From positions 123,566,001-123,630,000 of the forward strand of contig NC_043001.1 in assembly GCF_006345805.1 (NCBI RefSeq): a stretch of DNA of 64,000 bases. Reading direction: 5' to 3'. The DNA is from Octopus sinensis (taxonomy: Eukaryota). Each line of letters starts with the position of its first letter. Within the stretch, counting starts at the first letter, position 1. The notes under the pieces are model-generated. The model worked only from the letters and a program-made list of their open reading frames with translations. It did no database searches and was not told where the DNA came from. Made by a program: the position numbers and the translations under genes. Positions 51,553 to 64,000 of this stretch are shown in pieces.

Positions 51553-52412
51553 GCACTTTTACCGGAAGCAAAAACACAACAAAACGGACTTACATATTCA
51601 CATTCAATACCTTACTGATTTTTCTGCTATTAGGAGCGATGCACATAAAGTTGAGTGCTAGTGCAACGTCTTGTAGCTTCATCCGAACCATTACATGAGT
51701 GATCAATCTATAAGAAGTGAAATTAACTCTCAAATTTGCGAGCACGGTTCCTCAATGCAGGAAAAACTGTTAGCTAATGGACGTGATTATTATATAACAT
51801 GTTTTTGCCATTCCCTTAATAAATAACTTATTTTCTGGTTCATAAAAAAAGATCAGAACTGTGGGCGTCAAGTGATTCCCATCAATTCACCGCCGCAGTT
51901 TAATAATAATGAACGTAGTGAGCAAAAGAATACGGAGTTCCAACAATTGATTATTGGTATTGCTCTAGCAAAGCGGAATTATTAAATACATATGCATATG
52001 TGCATAAATCTAGGCATACATACATACATGCATACATACATACATACATACATACATACATACATACATACATACATACATCATACATACATACAATCAT
52101 ACATACATACAATCATACATACATACATACATATACATATGCGTGTGGAGAAATAAATTGAAAGGTATAATGAATAAACAATCCAATCGGTCAAAACAAC
52201 TTTATATCATTCCCAAATTATCAAACTCGAATATAAATATACATTAAAATAATAGGGCACCAAATAGTAAAGCCCAACAGTATAAAATATACACATATTT
52301 ACGAATAAAAGGTGATAAAACCTAAAAGGATGAAGTTAAATGAAGAAAAGTATAAATATGTGAAATAAATTAATGCATGCTAAAGTCGACTAAAAATTTA
52401 TGTATATATATG

Positions 52413-52488
<76 letters not shown>

Positions 52489-52709
52489 CATATATATATA
52501 CATATATATATGTATGTATGTGCATGTTTGTGTACATATATATATTTATATGTGAGTGCATATATATGTGCTTATATACTTATGTATATATACACATATA
52601 CATACACACACACCGATACATAGTGAGAATTTACAAAAAAAAAAAAAAAGACGAAGACGGGTGTCTAAACAACAAACAGATGTATTTAACGCTCGGGAAG
52701 GGAGTAGAT

Positions 52710-52745
52710 CTTTTACGTTTCGAGCCGACGCTCTTCGACAGAAAG
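52710..52745 (-). ncRNA. hammerhead-like motif, A6U variant, second copy
   Basis: CTTT-CTGTCGA-A-GAGC-GTCG-GCTC-GAAAC-GTA-AAAG. Confidence 0.48.
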
Positions 52746-53163
52746 GAACACAGAAATAAAAGAGAGAGAAAATAAAAAAGTTTTAGTGGCTACCATTATT
52801 AAAAATAACAATAATAGATGAAACGGCCAGCAAGTTTAACCTGTATAGGCAAAATATATGGATAAATTATTGTAACGAAACACCAGCTTACTAGAAATAG
52901 TTTACTTCGTAGTTTTTGGAGAGCTAAGACCTGTTTTTTCTGATATTCGTTGCATTCACCATACGTGTTTCTTAATAGTGAAAACTTGTGGCGTTGGAGT
53001 GTTGACTCCTATTTCTAGCAAGGTCATGTTTCCAATTTTTTCTCTCGTTATTTATGTATTTAACACGTTTGTTTAGTAGTTCATGTTGTTTGCACTGTCA
53101 GTGCATACACTTTACATATATATATATGCATATATATATATATGTGTGTATTTATATGCATGC

Positions 53164-53211
<48 letters not shown>

Positions 53212-54007
53212 TATATATGTATATATATATATATGTGTGTGTATATATTATTTATTATTATTAGTTATTTGAACGCCACAAATCCATTTGCAAATAAGTT
53301 TATTTTCACCTTTTTGATGCGACTTATATTGTTTTCTTCCCCCATCCTTCTCTAATTACCCTTTTCTCCCTTCCCTTTTCACTATTTTCTATCTGTCTCT
53401 CTCTACCCCCCTCTTTCTCTTTTTCTCTCTCTCATTGCTCACACATGACTATCGTCCATCATTCTTTTTCTGCACAGACGTTCAAAAGACTGGACGCATA
53501 TTTCTCTCTCTTCTATCGTTTCCCTTCTCAAAGAAGATATTTCTTCCAGCGTTCACTATTTTCCTCTCGTTCGGGTCTATGTTTGTTTTCGTTTGGTTTC
53601 CTTGTATGTCTCCACTATCCTGCGTTTGTTCCTAACTTTGCCCCTCCATAAATCCTAAATTGTATTTCAGAATTTATGGGAGAAACTGTCTTTGAAGACT
53701 CATATTGTGGTTGAATACACGACATGACGAGTAGATAGACAGCCGATAACTGATGAAGGATCCTTCTTTCCCAACATTTTCTCTCGTTGTTTACGTATTT
53801 AACTCGTTTGCTTACGTATTTCATGTTGTTTGCACAGTTTGTGACGACCTGTACCCATATATGCATATATATATGTATGTATGTATATATGCAAACACAC
53901 ACACACATACACACACACATATATATATATGCATATATATATATACATATATACATATGTATTATTTATTATTATCTTATTGAACGACACGCATTCTTTT
54001 CCAAGTA

Positions 54008-54066
<59 letters not shown>

Positions 54067-54093
54067 AATATATATACTACATATATATACATA

Positions 54094-54131
<38 letters not shown>

Positions 54132-55309
54132 TATATATTTATGTATGTATATATACATACACACACACACACACACTCATATATATATATATATATATGT
54201 ACATAGACACATATATATATATATAATTTATGATTGTGAACAGATGCATTCATATGTATCCTATTTCTGCTTCGCATGTATCGACATAGCTATCAACGTG
54301 AATACTAATATATATTATAAATCTAAGGCCTATTTTTGAGATATCCGAAGCAATCGCGTTGTTTGGATTAGTATCTTCTCTCCAGAGAATTACAGAAAGT
54401 TACTCTATAGTGTCACAATATTATTAAGTGTTAAAGATCAAGTACAAAAACAACAAAACAAAAGGTAAAAGGCATATAAAACAAAAAGCAACAAGATATA
54501 TGATTCCGACTTTGCAACCAAGACAACTTCTATACATACAACGTACTTGACATTCAACAATTGATCGCTGAACATATTGACCGTATGTCACGTTCAAATT
54601 CATCATACAATTTCTCACCACAATTTATTCTATGCCATTTATCTTACAGTTACACTGTCACGCTTTATATATACACATACACACAGAAATATTCACACAC
54701 ACACACACACATAAACACACATACATACATACATACATACATACATACATACATGTAAATGCTCACATACTTACAGACGTAAACTACACGTATGCATGCA
54801 TATATATAAGCATGTGTCTGTGTGTGTGTACATGCGTGACTGGGTGTATATGTGCCGGTGTTGTGTATTGGTAGCTATCGATCAGATACTCAGGCGCTGA
54901 GGCAGTCACCGACAATTGAGAAGCGACCCGAGGGATCATGGCTGCTGCCGCTGCCGCTGCAACTTCTGCCGATATGTTTGTGTATTCGTATGTATGTGTG
55001 TGTATGTGTGTGTATGTTCGTGTGTATTTGTGAGTATATATATACATATATATATATATATTAATATATATATATATATATATATAGCCAGATATATTGT
55101 TATATATCTATGTGTGTGTATGTGTGTGTGAGCGAGACGTATTTTATGTGTAATAATGGAAATTTAATTATTATTCCGGTCACACAGTTTCATTTACACA
55201 GAGTCAAACTGTTTTTATGAGGAGAAAGTGAGAAAAAAATCCACACACCCAACTATATATGATTATGCATGTATGTACCTCTGTCGTCCGTCCGTCTGTA
55301 CGTACGACG

Positions 55310-55760
<451 letters not shown>

Positions 55761-56278
55761 ACAGCAACAGCGATATCAGCAAAATAATGGAACCAGTGTA
55801 CAGTTGCAGATGCTGTCGCCAAAGTGCTAAGATCAGACTCACATTTACCATATTCCATATTTCGTCGTTTGGAGTAAAACCACATGGTTGTCTCCATCTA
55901 CCATTGTGTTTTCAGCAAAATTAGTCCTTTAAGTAACGATCTGTTCTTATCCTAATTTGATGGCGGTAATGATGGTGAAGAAGGTGATGATGATGATTAT
56001 GATGATGTCGTCGACGATGACCAAGACGACGACGACGATATGATGATAATAATCCTTTATACTATAGGCACAAGGACCGAAATTTGAGCGGGGAGGGGAC
56101 TAGTTGGTTACATCGACCCCAGTGAATCACAGGTACTTAATTTAACGTTCTCGAAAAGATGTAAGTCGACGTCGGCAAAATTTGAACCCAGAAGTCAGCA
56201 ACGGACGAAATACCGCTAAGCATTTTTTTCCCGCCGTGCTAACTAATCTGCCAGCTCACCGCCCTGATGATGACGATG

Positions 56279-56323
<45 letters not shown>

Positions 56324-56392
56324 GTGTTGATGATGATGATGATGCTGATGATGAAGATGATGATGATGATGATGTTGATGATGATGATGATG

Positions 56393-56468
<76 letters not shown>

Positions 56469-56490
56469 TAATAATAATAACAATAATAGT

Positions 56491-56842
56491 AACCTGAAAA
56501 TTGAAATATAGAAGATGTGGCATCTTAAAGCGAGAACTGTTCCTGTTATTGTGGGTGCCCTAGGTATGAAAGGGATGTCAGAAACATCTAGATAATATCC
56601 CAGGAGAACCATGTCTCAGAGAAGTCCAAAAGATTGTTCTGACACAAACTACCCACATCCTTAGAAAAACTTTATCAATTTAAATGTTTGTGTTGTATTA
56701 CATGAAGATATTTCGCTACTGCCCCTGCTACCTCCCCTCCCCAAGCTTTCAATCATACTGTAGCATCTCTTATCCTTCACTCACCCAAGGACCCAGGGTG
56801 TGTCGTGGTAAGTGATTGTAAGAAACATGAAGATTGAAAGTA

Positions 56843-56845
<3 letters not shown>
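56491..56845 (+). mobile_element. 5'-truncated R4/Dong-type LINE in (AAT)n, copy 1
   Basis: NLKIEI*KMWHLKARTVPVIVGALGM..VQKIVLTQTTHILRKTLSI*; ends GAAAGTAAAT(AAT)n. Confidence 0.87.
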
Positions 56846-56918
<73 letters not shown>

Positions 56919-56935
56919 GTAATAATAATAATAAT

Positions 56936-57304
56936 GACAAACTTAGTAAATATAAAGACCTGGAAATCGAAATACAAAAGATGTGGAATCTTAAGACAAA
57001 AACTGTTCCTGTTATTGTAGGTGCCCTAGGTATGATAAAAAAGGGATGTCAGAAACACCTAGACAATATCCCTGGAGAACGATGTCTCAAGGAAATCCAA
57101 AAGATTGTGCTAACAAGTACTGCCCACATCCTTAGAAAAACCCTATCAAGTAAATGTTTGTGTTTGTATTACATGGAGATATTTCTCTACTTCCCCTCCC
57201 CAAGCTTTCAACTATATTTCAACAACTCTTAACCTTCACTTGCCCTAGGACGCTGGGTGTGTCCCGGCAAGTGATTGCATCAAACATGCAGATTAAAAGT
57301 AAAT
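56936..57304 (+). mobile_element. 5'-truncated R4/Dong-type LINE in (AAT)n, copy 2
   Basis: DKLSKYKDLEIEIQKMWNLKTKTVPVIVGALGMIKKG..IQKIVLTSTAHILRKTLS; ends AAAAGTAAAT. Confidence 0.9.
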
Positions 57305-57782
57305 GACAATGATAATAATAATAATAACTAAAATTTCGTAGTTTACGACGTTTTGTGTGGCACTGCTTACTTGACTATTATGTTTCCATACAGCAGTGGT
57401 CCCTGGGTAGCTTTTCTTTTTCATTTGCCGTACCGATTAATGTATGAAGCCACTCGTTTGTTCGTGTTCGAAATTCCATGATTTGGAATGATAAGAATGT
57501 CTGTCCCACATTGTGTTGGCTGAATGCCGAATCACTGACCAGGAAGGAGTTTCACACTTATGTGTGTGTGTGTGTGTTTGTGTGTATGTGTGTGTGTGAA
57601 TGTATATGTGTGTGTATGTGTATGTGTGTATGTATGTATGTGTGTGGGAGTCAATCCATCAGCACACTAAGCTATCCCAATACCCATCATCATCGTCATC
57701 GTCATCGTCGTCGTTGTTGTCAGAAGCAACGTGCGAGCCATAAGATCAGAAGCCACGAGAGCCACTGCCTGGTATTGCACCA

Positions 57783-57845
<63 letters not shown>

Positions 57846-58515
57846 GAAGCGGTGCGCTGGCAGAATCGATAGCATGCCGGGCAAAACGGTTAGCGGTATT
57901 TCGCCCGTAGCTACGTTTTGCGTTCAAATGAAAGCCCTCACAGTTGTGACCACACCGCAAAATGCATCACTTCCTACAATATTTTGCAAAACATTAATTT
58001 TAAACAGCACAAATTCTCAGAGTTGTCCCACTTCCCGTTCTTGACCAGAGTTGGTCATGGGCATACTGATATGCCCTCATCAATGAGGATGTAGTCTTAT
58101 AATTATCATAACTCCTTCGTTTTCTGACTCAAGCATAACCGACTTCTATTTTATTACCTGTTGAATTACAAGCTCATATCTGCCCGGCATACCGTACATC
58201 CGTACACCAATGTACAACGGAGATAAATATCAATCCAAAATATGGACGAGTGTCATCAATTAGGAAGTAGTTTCGATAATTCTGAAGATCAAAGTTGCTT
58301 GGATAAAGCGGAGAACCCAAGAGAAGGAGAAATCCAAAGGCATGGACTGCAAATGACGTTGCTGCGAAGTAATCTTAATGAGAGATTCATCAATGTCACA
58401 TTCTTGGGTAAATCTCGTAACCTCTTACACTTGAATGCATTCGTCTTATAAAATCCTATGCCTGCACATGTTGGGATTCTGTTATATTTTGCAAGAATGA
58501 AGTTATCAACCCCCC

Positions 58516-58546
<31 letters not shown>

Positions 58547-58677
58547 TCTCTCCTCCCTCTCTCTCTGTATATATATATATATATATATATATACACTTAC
58601 TTGAAATTAGATGCGTAGCGTTGAATTAAATAATATAAATAATATAAATAATATATATATATATCTAACTAACTATC

Positions 58678-58726
<49 letters not shown>

Positions 58727-58835
58727 GATATATATATATATATATATATATATATGGATACAGTATGTCACCAACTGTGTATACAACCTGAAGTACAGAA
58801 ACAACGAGTTAAATACGCAAACAACGAGAGAAAAA

Positions 58836-59161
58836 ATGGTAAACAGGACAAGTAATACGGAGAACAACCATTCATCAGTTGTCGGCTGTCTTTCTACTCC
58901 CCGTTTCGAGCATTCATCGATTTATGGAGGGTCAAAGATGGGTACAAAAACAGGACAGTGGAGACATACAAGGAAACTGTTTCCACTGTTCTGATTTTGT
59001 CGCAAACTTTGACCCCTCCATAAATACAAAGTTTTATATTGGAATTTGTGGGAGCAACTATCTTCGAAGACTCATATTGTCATTGAATGCTCAATATAAG
59101 GAGTAGACAGCCGACAACTGATGAAGAGTCATTCTCCTTGTTACATGTCCTGTTTTCCGTT
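58836..59161. repeat. imperfect fold-back element; single-arm relative at about 53635-53810
   Basis: TTCATCAGTTGTCGGCTGTC (58871) versus GACAGCCGACAACTGATGAA (59106); inner TTTATGGAGGGTCAAAG versus CTTTGACCCCTCCATAAA. Confidence 0.8.
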
Positions 59162-59238
59162 GTATATGTGTGTGTGAGTGTCTGCGTGTGTGTGTATATA
59201 TTTATGTATTCATGTGTGCATGTATGAATGTAAATGTA

Positions 59239-59423
59239 GCACTCCGTCGGTTACGACGATGAAGGTCCCAGTTGATCCGATCAACGGAACAGCCTGCCCG
59301 TAAAATTAACCTGCAAGTGGCTGAGCACTCTACAGACACGTTTATCCTTAACGTAGTTTTCGAAGGAGATTCACCGTGACTCAGAGAATGACAAGGCTCG
59401 CTCTTTGAAATACAGGTACAACA
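59239..59423 (-). mobile_element. group C tail type 1, 3' fragment
   Basis: Matches 4370-4550. Confidence 0.85.
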
Positions 59424-59427
59424 GATT

Positions 59428-59775
59428 GAGCCCACAAACAAACTGTAAAGACAGAAATGTAGTCTATAGTATAAGATGTATAGAGGGATGATGCAGTAAC
59501 AACACAACGACATACGTAGGGGAAACGGCACGGAGCATAGGAGAGCGGGTAACTGAACATTGGAGAGAACTTAAGGAAGAAAAGTGCTCATCGGTTCTGT
59601 ACCAACACGCCGTGCAGGAACATGGGGGCTCACTCATCAAAATAGAAGTTAAAATATTCTCCACACACAGAACAGACGCAACAATCAGACAAATTACGGA
59701 AGCTACACACATAATAGAAGATAAACCTAGCCTGAATAGGAAACTGGAATGGAAACTAGCACCCCCCTCAACACA
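59428..59775 (+). mobile_element. Penelope-like GIY-YIG endonuclease, nearly intact (one stop)
   Basis: NCKDRNVVYSIRCIEG*CSNNTTTYVGETARSIGERVTEH..SVLYQH..RQITEATHI..PSLNRKLEW. Confidence 0.88.
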
Positions 59776-59932
59776 CCACAGCATACGACAGAAGAAGATC
59801 CCCATAAACTGGTAACAATATAAACAAAACTAAAATCATAATAAAATACACAGGTAAATAAACAAATGGAAGTAAATAACTATATACATTAAAAAAATAA
59901 TTTAACTAAATATAGCCAAAATAATAATAATA

Positions 59933-59974
<42 letters not shown>

Positions 59975-60420
59975 GTAGGTGTAAACACATGAACAAAATA
60001 AAAATAAACAAAAACAAATTACACGAACGTGTATAAACAGGAGATGCAAATATTACAGGCAATTACCCCCCCACACCACACACTAACTAAACATAGGCAC
60101 ACAGAGATATACGCATGCACAAATGAAGACACATACAATAGGAATACAAAATACAAAATGGCTGACAAATAAGAAAGAAGAAAGCAAAGGACCACTGATG
60201 AGATCACAGAAGTGTAACGAAAGAACTCTGGCTGAAATAAGATTAAGATAAATGTAAAAAATAAATAACGCTGAAGTAAATTAATACCAAATATATAGTG
60301 CGTGTGTTTTTATTGGCTAAACTGGCAAAATGGCCATTCCTAAATACAACATCTGTTTCAACACACGATTTCACATCAAGAATCTTGCAAAACAAATATA
60401 TAAACGTGTATATATATATA

Positions 60421-60800
60421 TTGTAGCAGCTAAACCCGGTTTCACCCAGTCTGTTTGGATGATTTGGCTGTGATCGTTTTCGGTTAGGCATAATCTATAA
60501 CAGCGTTTCTCAACTTTATTATTTTGGGCCCCCTGTTTCGATTGGAGCTTCCAGCTGTATGAAAATTCCTGACCCCACCCCGTCAGAAAACAGCTTCTAA
60601 GCAACTGGTTGTTTTAATGGCGGAAGAAAGAGGGAAATTCCATTAGAAAAAGTTTTAAACGATTTTCTCGGTATGTATGTGGGCAAAGTAAAAAATTCAA
60701 ACCGCATTCCAATCTATGCACCCGTCTCCACATGTGAACCATTTTTCACGCGAATCCACCCAGCCGTTTGGCTGTGAACATCAAGACGAGAAATAATATA
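60421..60800 (+). mobile_element. probable non-autonomous Helitron/Helentron-type element
   Basis: Begins TAGCAGCTAAACCCGGTTTCACCCAG and ends TTTTCACGCGAATCCACCCAGCCGTTTGGCTGTGA, resembling HINE/DINE-type termini from memory. Confidence 0.5.
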
Positions 60801-61306
60801 ACGATTGCCCATGTCCAATTTATAGTATAGATGTATATATGCATGCAAACATATTTATATATGCGTGTGTGGATGTGCGTGTATTAGTAATAAAATATAA
60901 AGAGTTGAGACTTCTGTTACATTCACATCCATAGCATAAGACGGAAAATTGTGGAGTGGACAGCCTACAGGAACCGATACAAATATCTGTCGAATACTGT
61001 TCGGCCATAACAATCATTCCATCAAAGCAACCCACGACACCCCACTAAGGAATTTAACAAAAGTAAAAATACTACTAAGCCAACCAACGATGTTTACCTT
61101 CATTTATATCACAAACTCTGTTGGTGCTTTTGATAACCTCTTAATCGCCTGCAGAGAGTTTGTTCTGTTGCTGTCAATACAGCCTACTCTCACACCAGGT
61201 AATACCATGCTAACTGAAACGATTGCAGGATATAAATAAAATACATCACAAATGATTACGACTTAAGTAGTTTCGCCATTCACAAGTAGAACATAAGACA
61301 TCTATC

Positions 61307-61397
<91 letters not shown>

Positions 61398-61637
61398 TAT
61401 CATCTATCGATCTATCTATCTCTCCTATCATCTTCTAACTATCGGTCTCTCTGTCTGTCTGTCTTTTCTATTGACATATACATTCATATAACATATACTA
61501 TAACAACACACACACAACACACACACCACACACATATATTATATATAACACATATATATATAATATAATATACAATATATATATATAGAGAGAGAGAGAA
61601 GAGAGACAGAGAGAGAGAATATAAATATATATATTAT

Positions 61638-61670
<33 letters not shown>

Positions 61671-61898
61671 TAATATATATAATTAATAGAAACAGCTGAG
61701 CGCAATGCGATACCATAGAAGAATAATTCAGTCATCATGCAATATGACTAAGGGTGCCAAGACACCTACATTGCTAGAAATAAGAGTTAAAATAACTCGT
61801 AATACTGTAGAAAGCGCACAAATGTATACACATATGATGACATGGATTGTAACTACCCCAAAACCGACTCGGGAAAATATATATATAGACACACATGG

Positions 61899-61950
<52 letters not shown>

Positions 61951-62310
61951 AATATGTATAAATATATATATATATGTATATAGTACAGTAAAATCTATTT
62001 AACAACACAATGTGGAATTCCTACGCAAGAGGATTTTACCCCTTTTTAGCCCCAGCTGGCTTCCGACTCATGCTCTGTGTTCGTTTATTGTAATCAAGGG
62101 AGTCTACTGCTCCCTTTCTAGCCTTAGCGATACCTGTAGACCAATGGTTTCTGGGCCACTTCCGTTCCTCGGTAGAGGACTATCACCGGAAGGAGATGGC
62201 ATCCATTCGACCTTGGTCACAGTATATACTTTGACGTCACACAGGTGCTGATCACGTTATGAGTAAAATAGCTATTTTTCTATGTGCGTAGGACTAGCAC
62301 ATTGTGTTGG

Positions 62311-62353
<43 letters not shown>

Positions 62354-63321
62354 AAAATATATATATACATATTATATAAGATTCCTCACAGTGTACATAT
62401 AGAAAAATGTGCAGATAACATCAAACCAAATTTCACAGTCTTCCCTTTCTACGGTGCAAAGACGCAATCTCTTAACTAGACCTTTAAATAAAGAAACTTT
62501 TTAAATTGAAAAATACAAAACACATCTTAATATGTACGCATAACCAACTTTTCGTTTTACATATTTCGATTCACGACTACATCACTGTATATAAATCCCC
62601 TCACTAAACAAGGTTTCTGAAAATTGTCTCTGTCTGTACACATACATATTCCCCTCCCATTACCGAAAGCTGAACAGTTATCTCCCTTACCCACAGCAAT
62701 AACAATACTAACGACAATCAATTACCTCCCCTTATTTTTCTACTTGTGAAGTCATTCACTCGCGAATTTCATCACACACAACATGGACAAAATTTCTTCT
62801 TAAGAAAAAATATATATTCAAATAAGTAAAACATAATATCATGAATAGCAATAACGAAACCGGTCGATATATTAAAAATCATATTAAAACTATGTAAGTG
62901 TGCGTATTGTCCTTTTTAATTTATATATATTATATATATAATATATATATATATATATATTATAGATGTATGTATGTATGTATGTATGTGTGTGTGTGTG
63001 TGAATACAACAGATAAGGGAAATGAAGTGGGAGAATAAATGTGTATTTCATTTGTTTATAGCTGTTTCGGTCTTATCAATTATGTAATAGAGATTACATC
63101 TACTACCAGAATACGCACTAATATAAAATATACATATAGCCAAGGCGATGTGCCAGCATAGCTGCATTAAATGATTGAAACAAATAAAAGAATTAAAGGA
63201 TATTTACATACGTGCTGAGAAACTAATAGACTGATCTTGAGAACTTTTGACGGCAATTCAAAGCGTCAATTCTACTACGGAAAGAAAGCTGACACAATAT
63301 AAGCCAGAGGCGTTAAATGTA

Positions 63322-63424
63322 CTGTAGTGGCCTTGTAAGATGTTTGAAGCATCACAACTGTTTCAGTCACTGTTTTCCCCATCAGAAAACAGAATTTCAC
63401 AGAAGCACACTTCGTTTCAGCCAT
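63322..63424 (-). mobile_element. mariner transposase N-terminal fragment
   Basis: MAETKCASVKFCFLMGKTVTETVVMLQTSYK (cf. IKFC..LGKT.TET..ML..AY). Confidence 0.75.
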
Positions 63425-63470
63425 GGCAAAAGCGACAGAAGAGAAACACTGCAAAACAAAGACACAAAGG

Positions 63471-63870
63471 CACAGGAGTGGCTGTGTGGTAAGTAGTTTG
63501 TTTACCAACCACATGGTTCCGGGTTCAGTCCCACTGCGAGGCACCTTGGGCAAGTGTCTTCTACTGTAGCCTCGGGTCGACCAAAGCCTTGTGAGTGGAT
63601 TTGGTAGACGGAAACAGAAAGAAGCCCGACGTATATATGTATATATATATATATATGCGTGTGTTTGTTTGTGTGTCTGTGTTTGTCCCCATAGCATTGC
63701 TTGACAACCAATGCTGGTGTGTTTATGTCCCCGTTACTTAGCGGTTGGGCAAAAGAGACCAATAGAATAAGTACTAGGCTTACAAAAGAATAAGTCCCGG
63801 GGTCGATTTGTTCGACTAAAGGCGGTGTTCCAGCATGGCCGCAGTCAACTGACTGAAACAAGTAAAAGAG
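63471..63870 (+). mobile_element. group B SINE, full length
   Basis: GGCACAGGAGTGGCTGTGTGGTAAG head, GGTTCAGTCCC B box, internal (TA)n(TG)n, tail ..GAAACAAGTAAAAGAG. Confidence 0.92.
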
Positions 63871-64000
63871 TATAAAAAAAGAGTACAGAATGCGACAGTA
63901 GGAGTAAAGTAGATGGCGCCGGCCGGTAGACGGATACCTGCAATACAAGAGGCTTGTCCTACAGAGGACGTTTATAATTACTTTTTGGTACCCCTTCGTA

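Noticed and set aside
58242-58500. LRR-like (RLRDLPKNVTLMNLS) and membrane-like frames on the minus strand
   Set aside because: Single partial motif with no repeat periodicity or convincing splice pair; compatible with chance
61118-61235. Minus-strand segment with a strong acceptor (tttcag) and donor (GAAG|gtaaac)
   Set aside because: Stops in all three frames; could only be a non-coding exon, with no further support
63060-63100. Minus-strand TTGATAA..CCGAAACAGCTATA hammerhead-like trace
   Set aside because: Core, stem II and cleavage triplet are all defective

Overview
This is AT-rich, repeat-saturated eukaryotic DNA, almost certainly cephalopod and probably Octopus. That call is an inference from the SINE families and the extreme di-, tri- and tetranucleotide microsatellite density. 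I cannot confidently identify any host protein-coding gene, so the window is intronic or intergenic apart from a few weak candidate exons. Most listed ORFs are microsatellite or SINE artefacts. The supported content is: three abundant tRNA-headed SINE groups (called A, B and C here); decayed L1/Tx1 LINE pieces; many R4/Dong-type (restriction-like endonuclease) LINE pieces sitting in (AAT)n tracts; three Penelope-like GIY-YIG fragments; two mariner fragments; and a probable non-autonomous Helitron. The most interesting signal is a set of short, microsatellite-flanked elements with minimal type-I hammerhead ribozyme folds. One has an intact catalytic core (25179-25216). One has an apparent compensatory G3:C8 core swap at the centre of a 560-bp palindrome (51222-51323). 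A two-copy family has an A6U core, and a decayed copy lies just downstream of a Penelope ORF. Five long fold-back structures also occur. All motif calls were made by eye and none was checked against a database.
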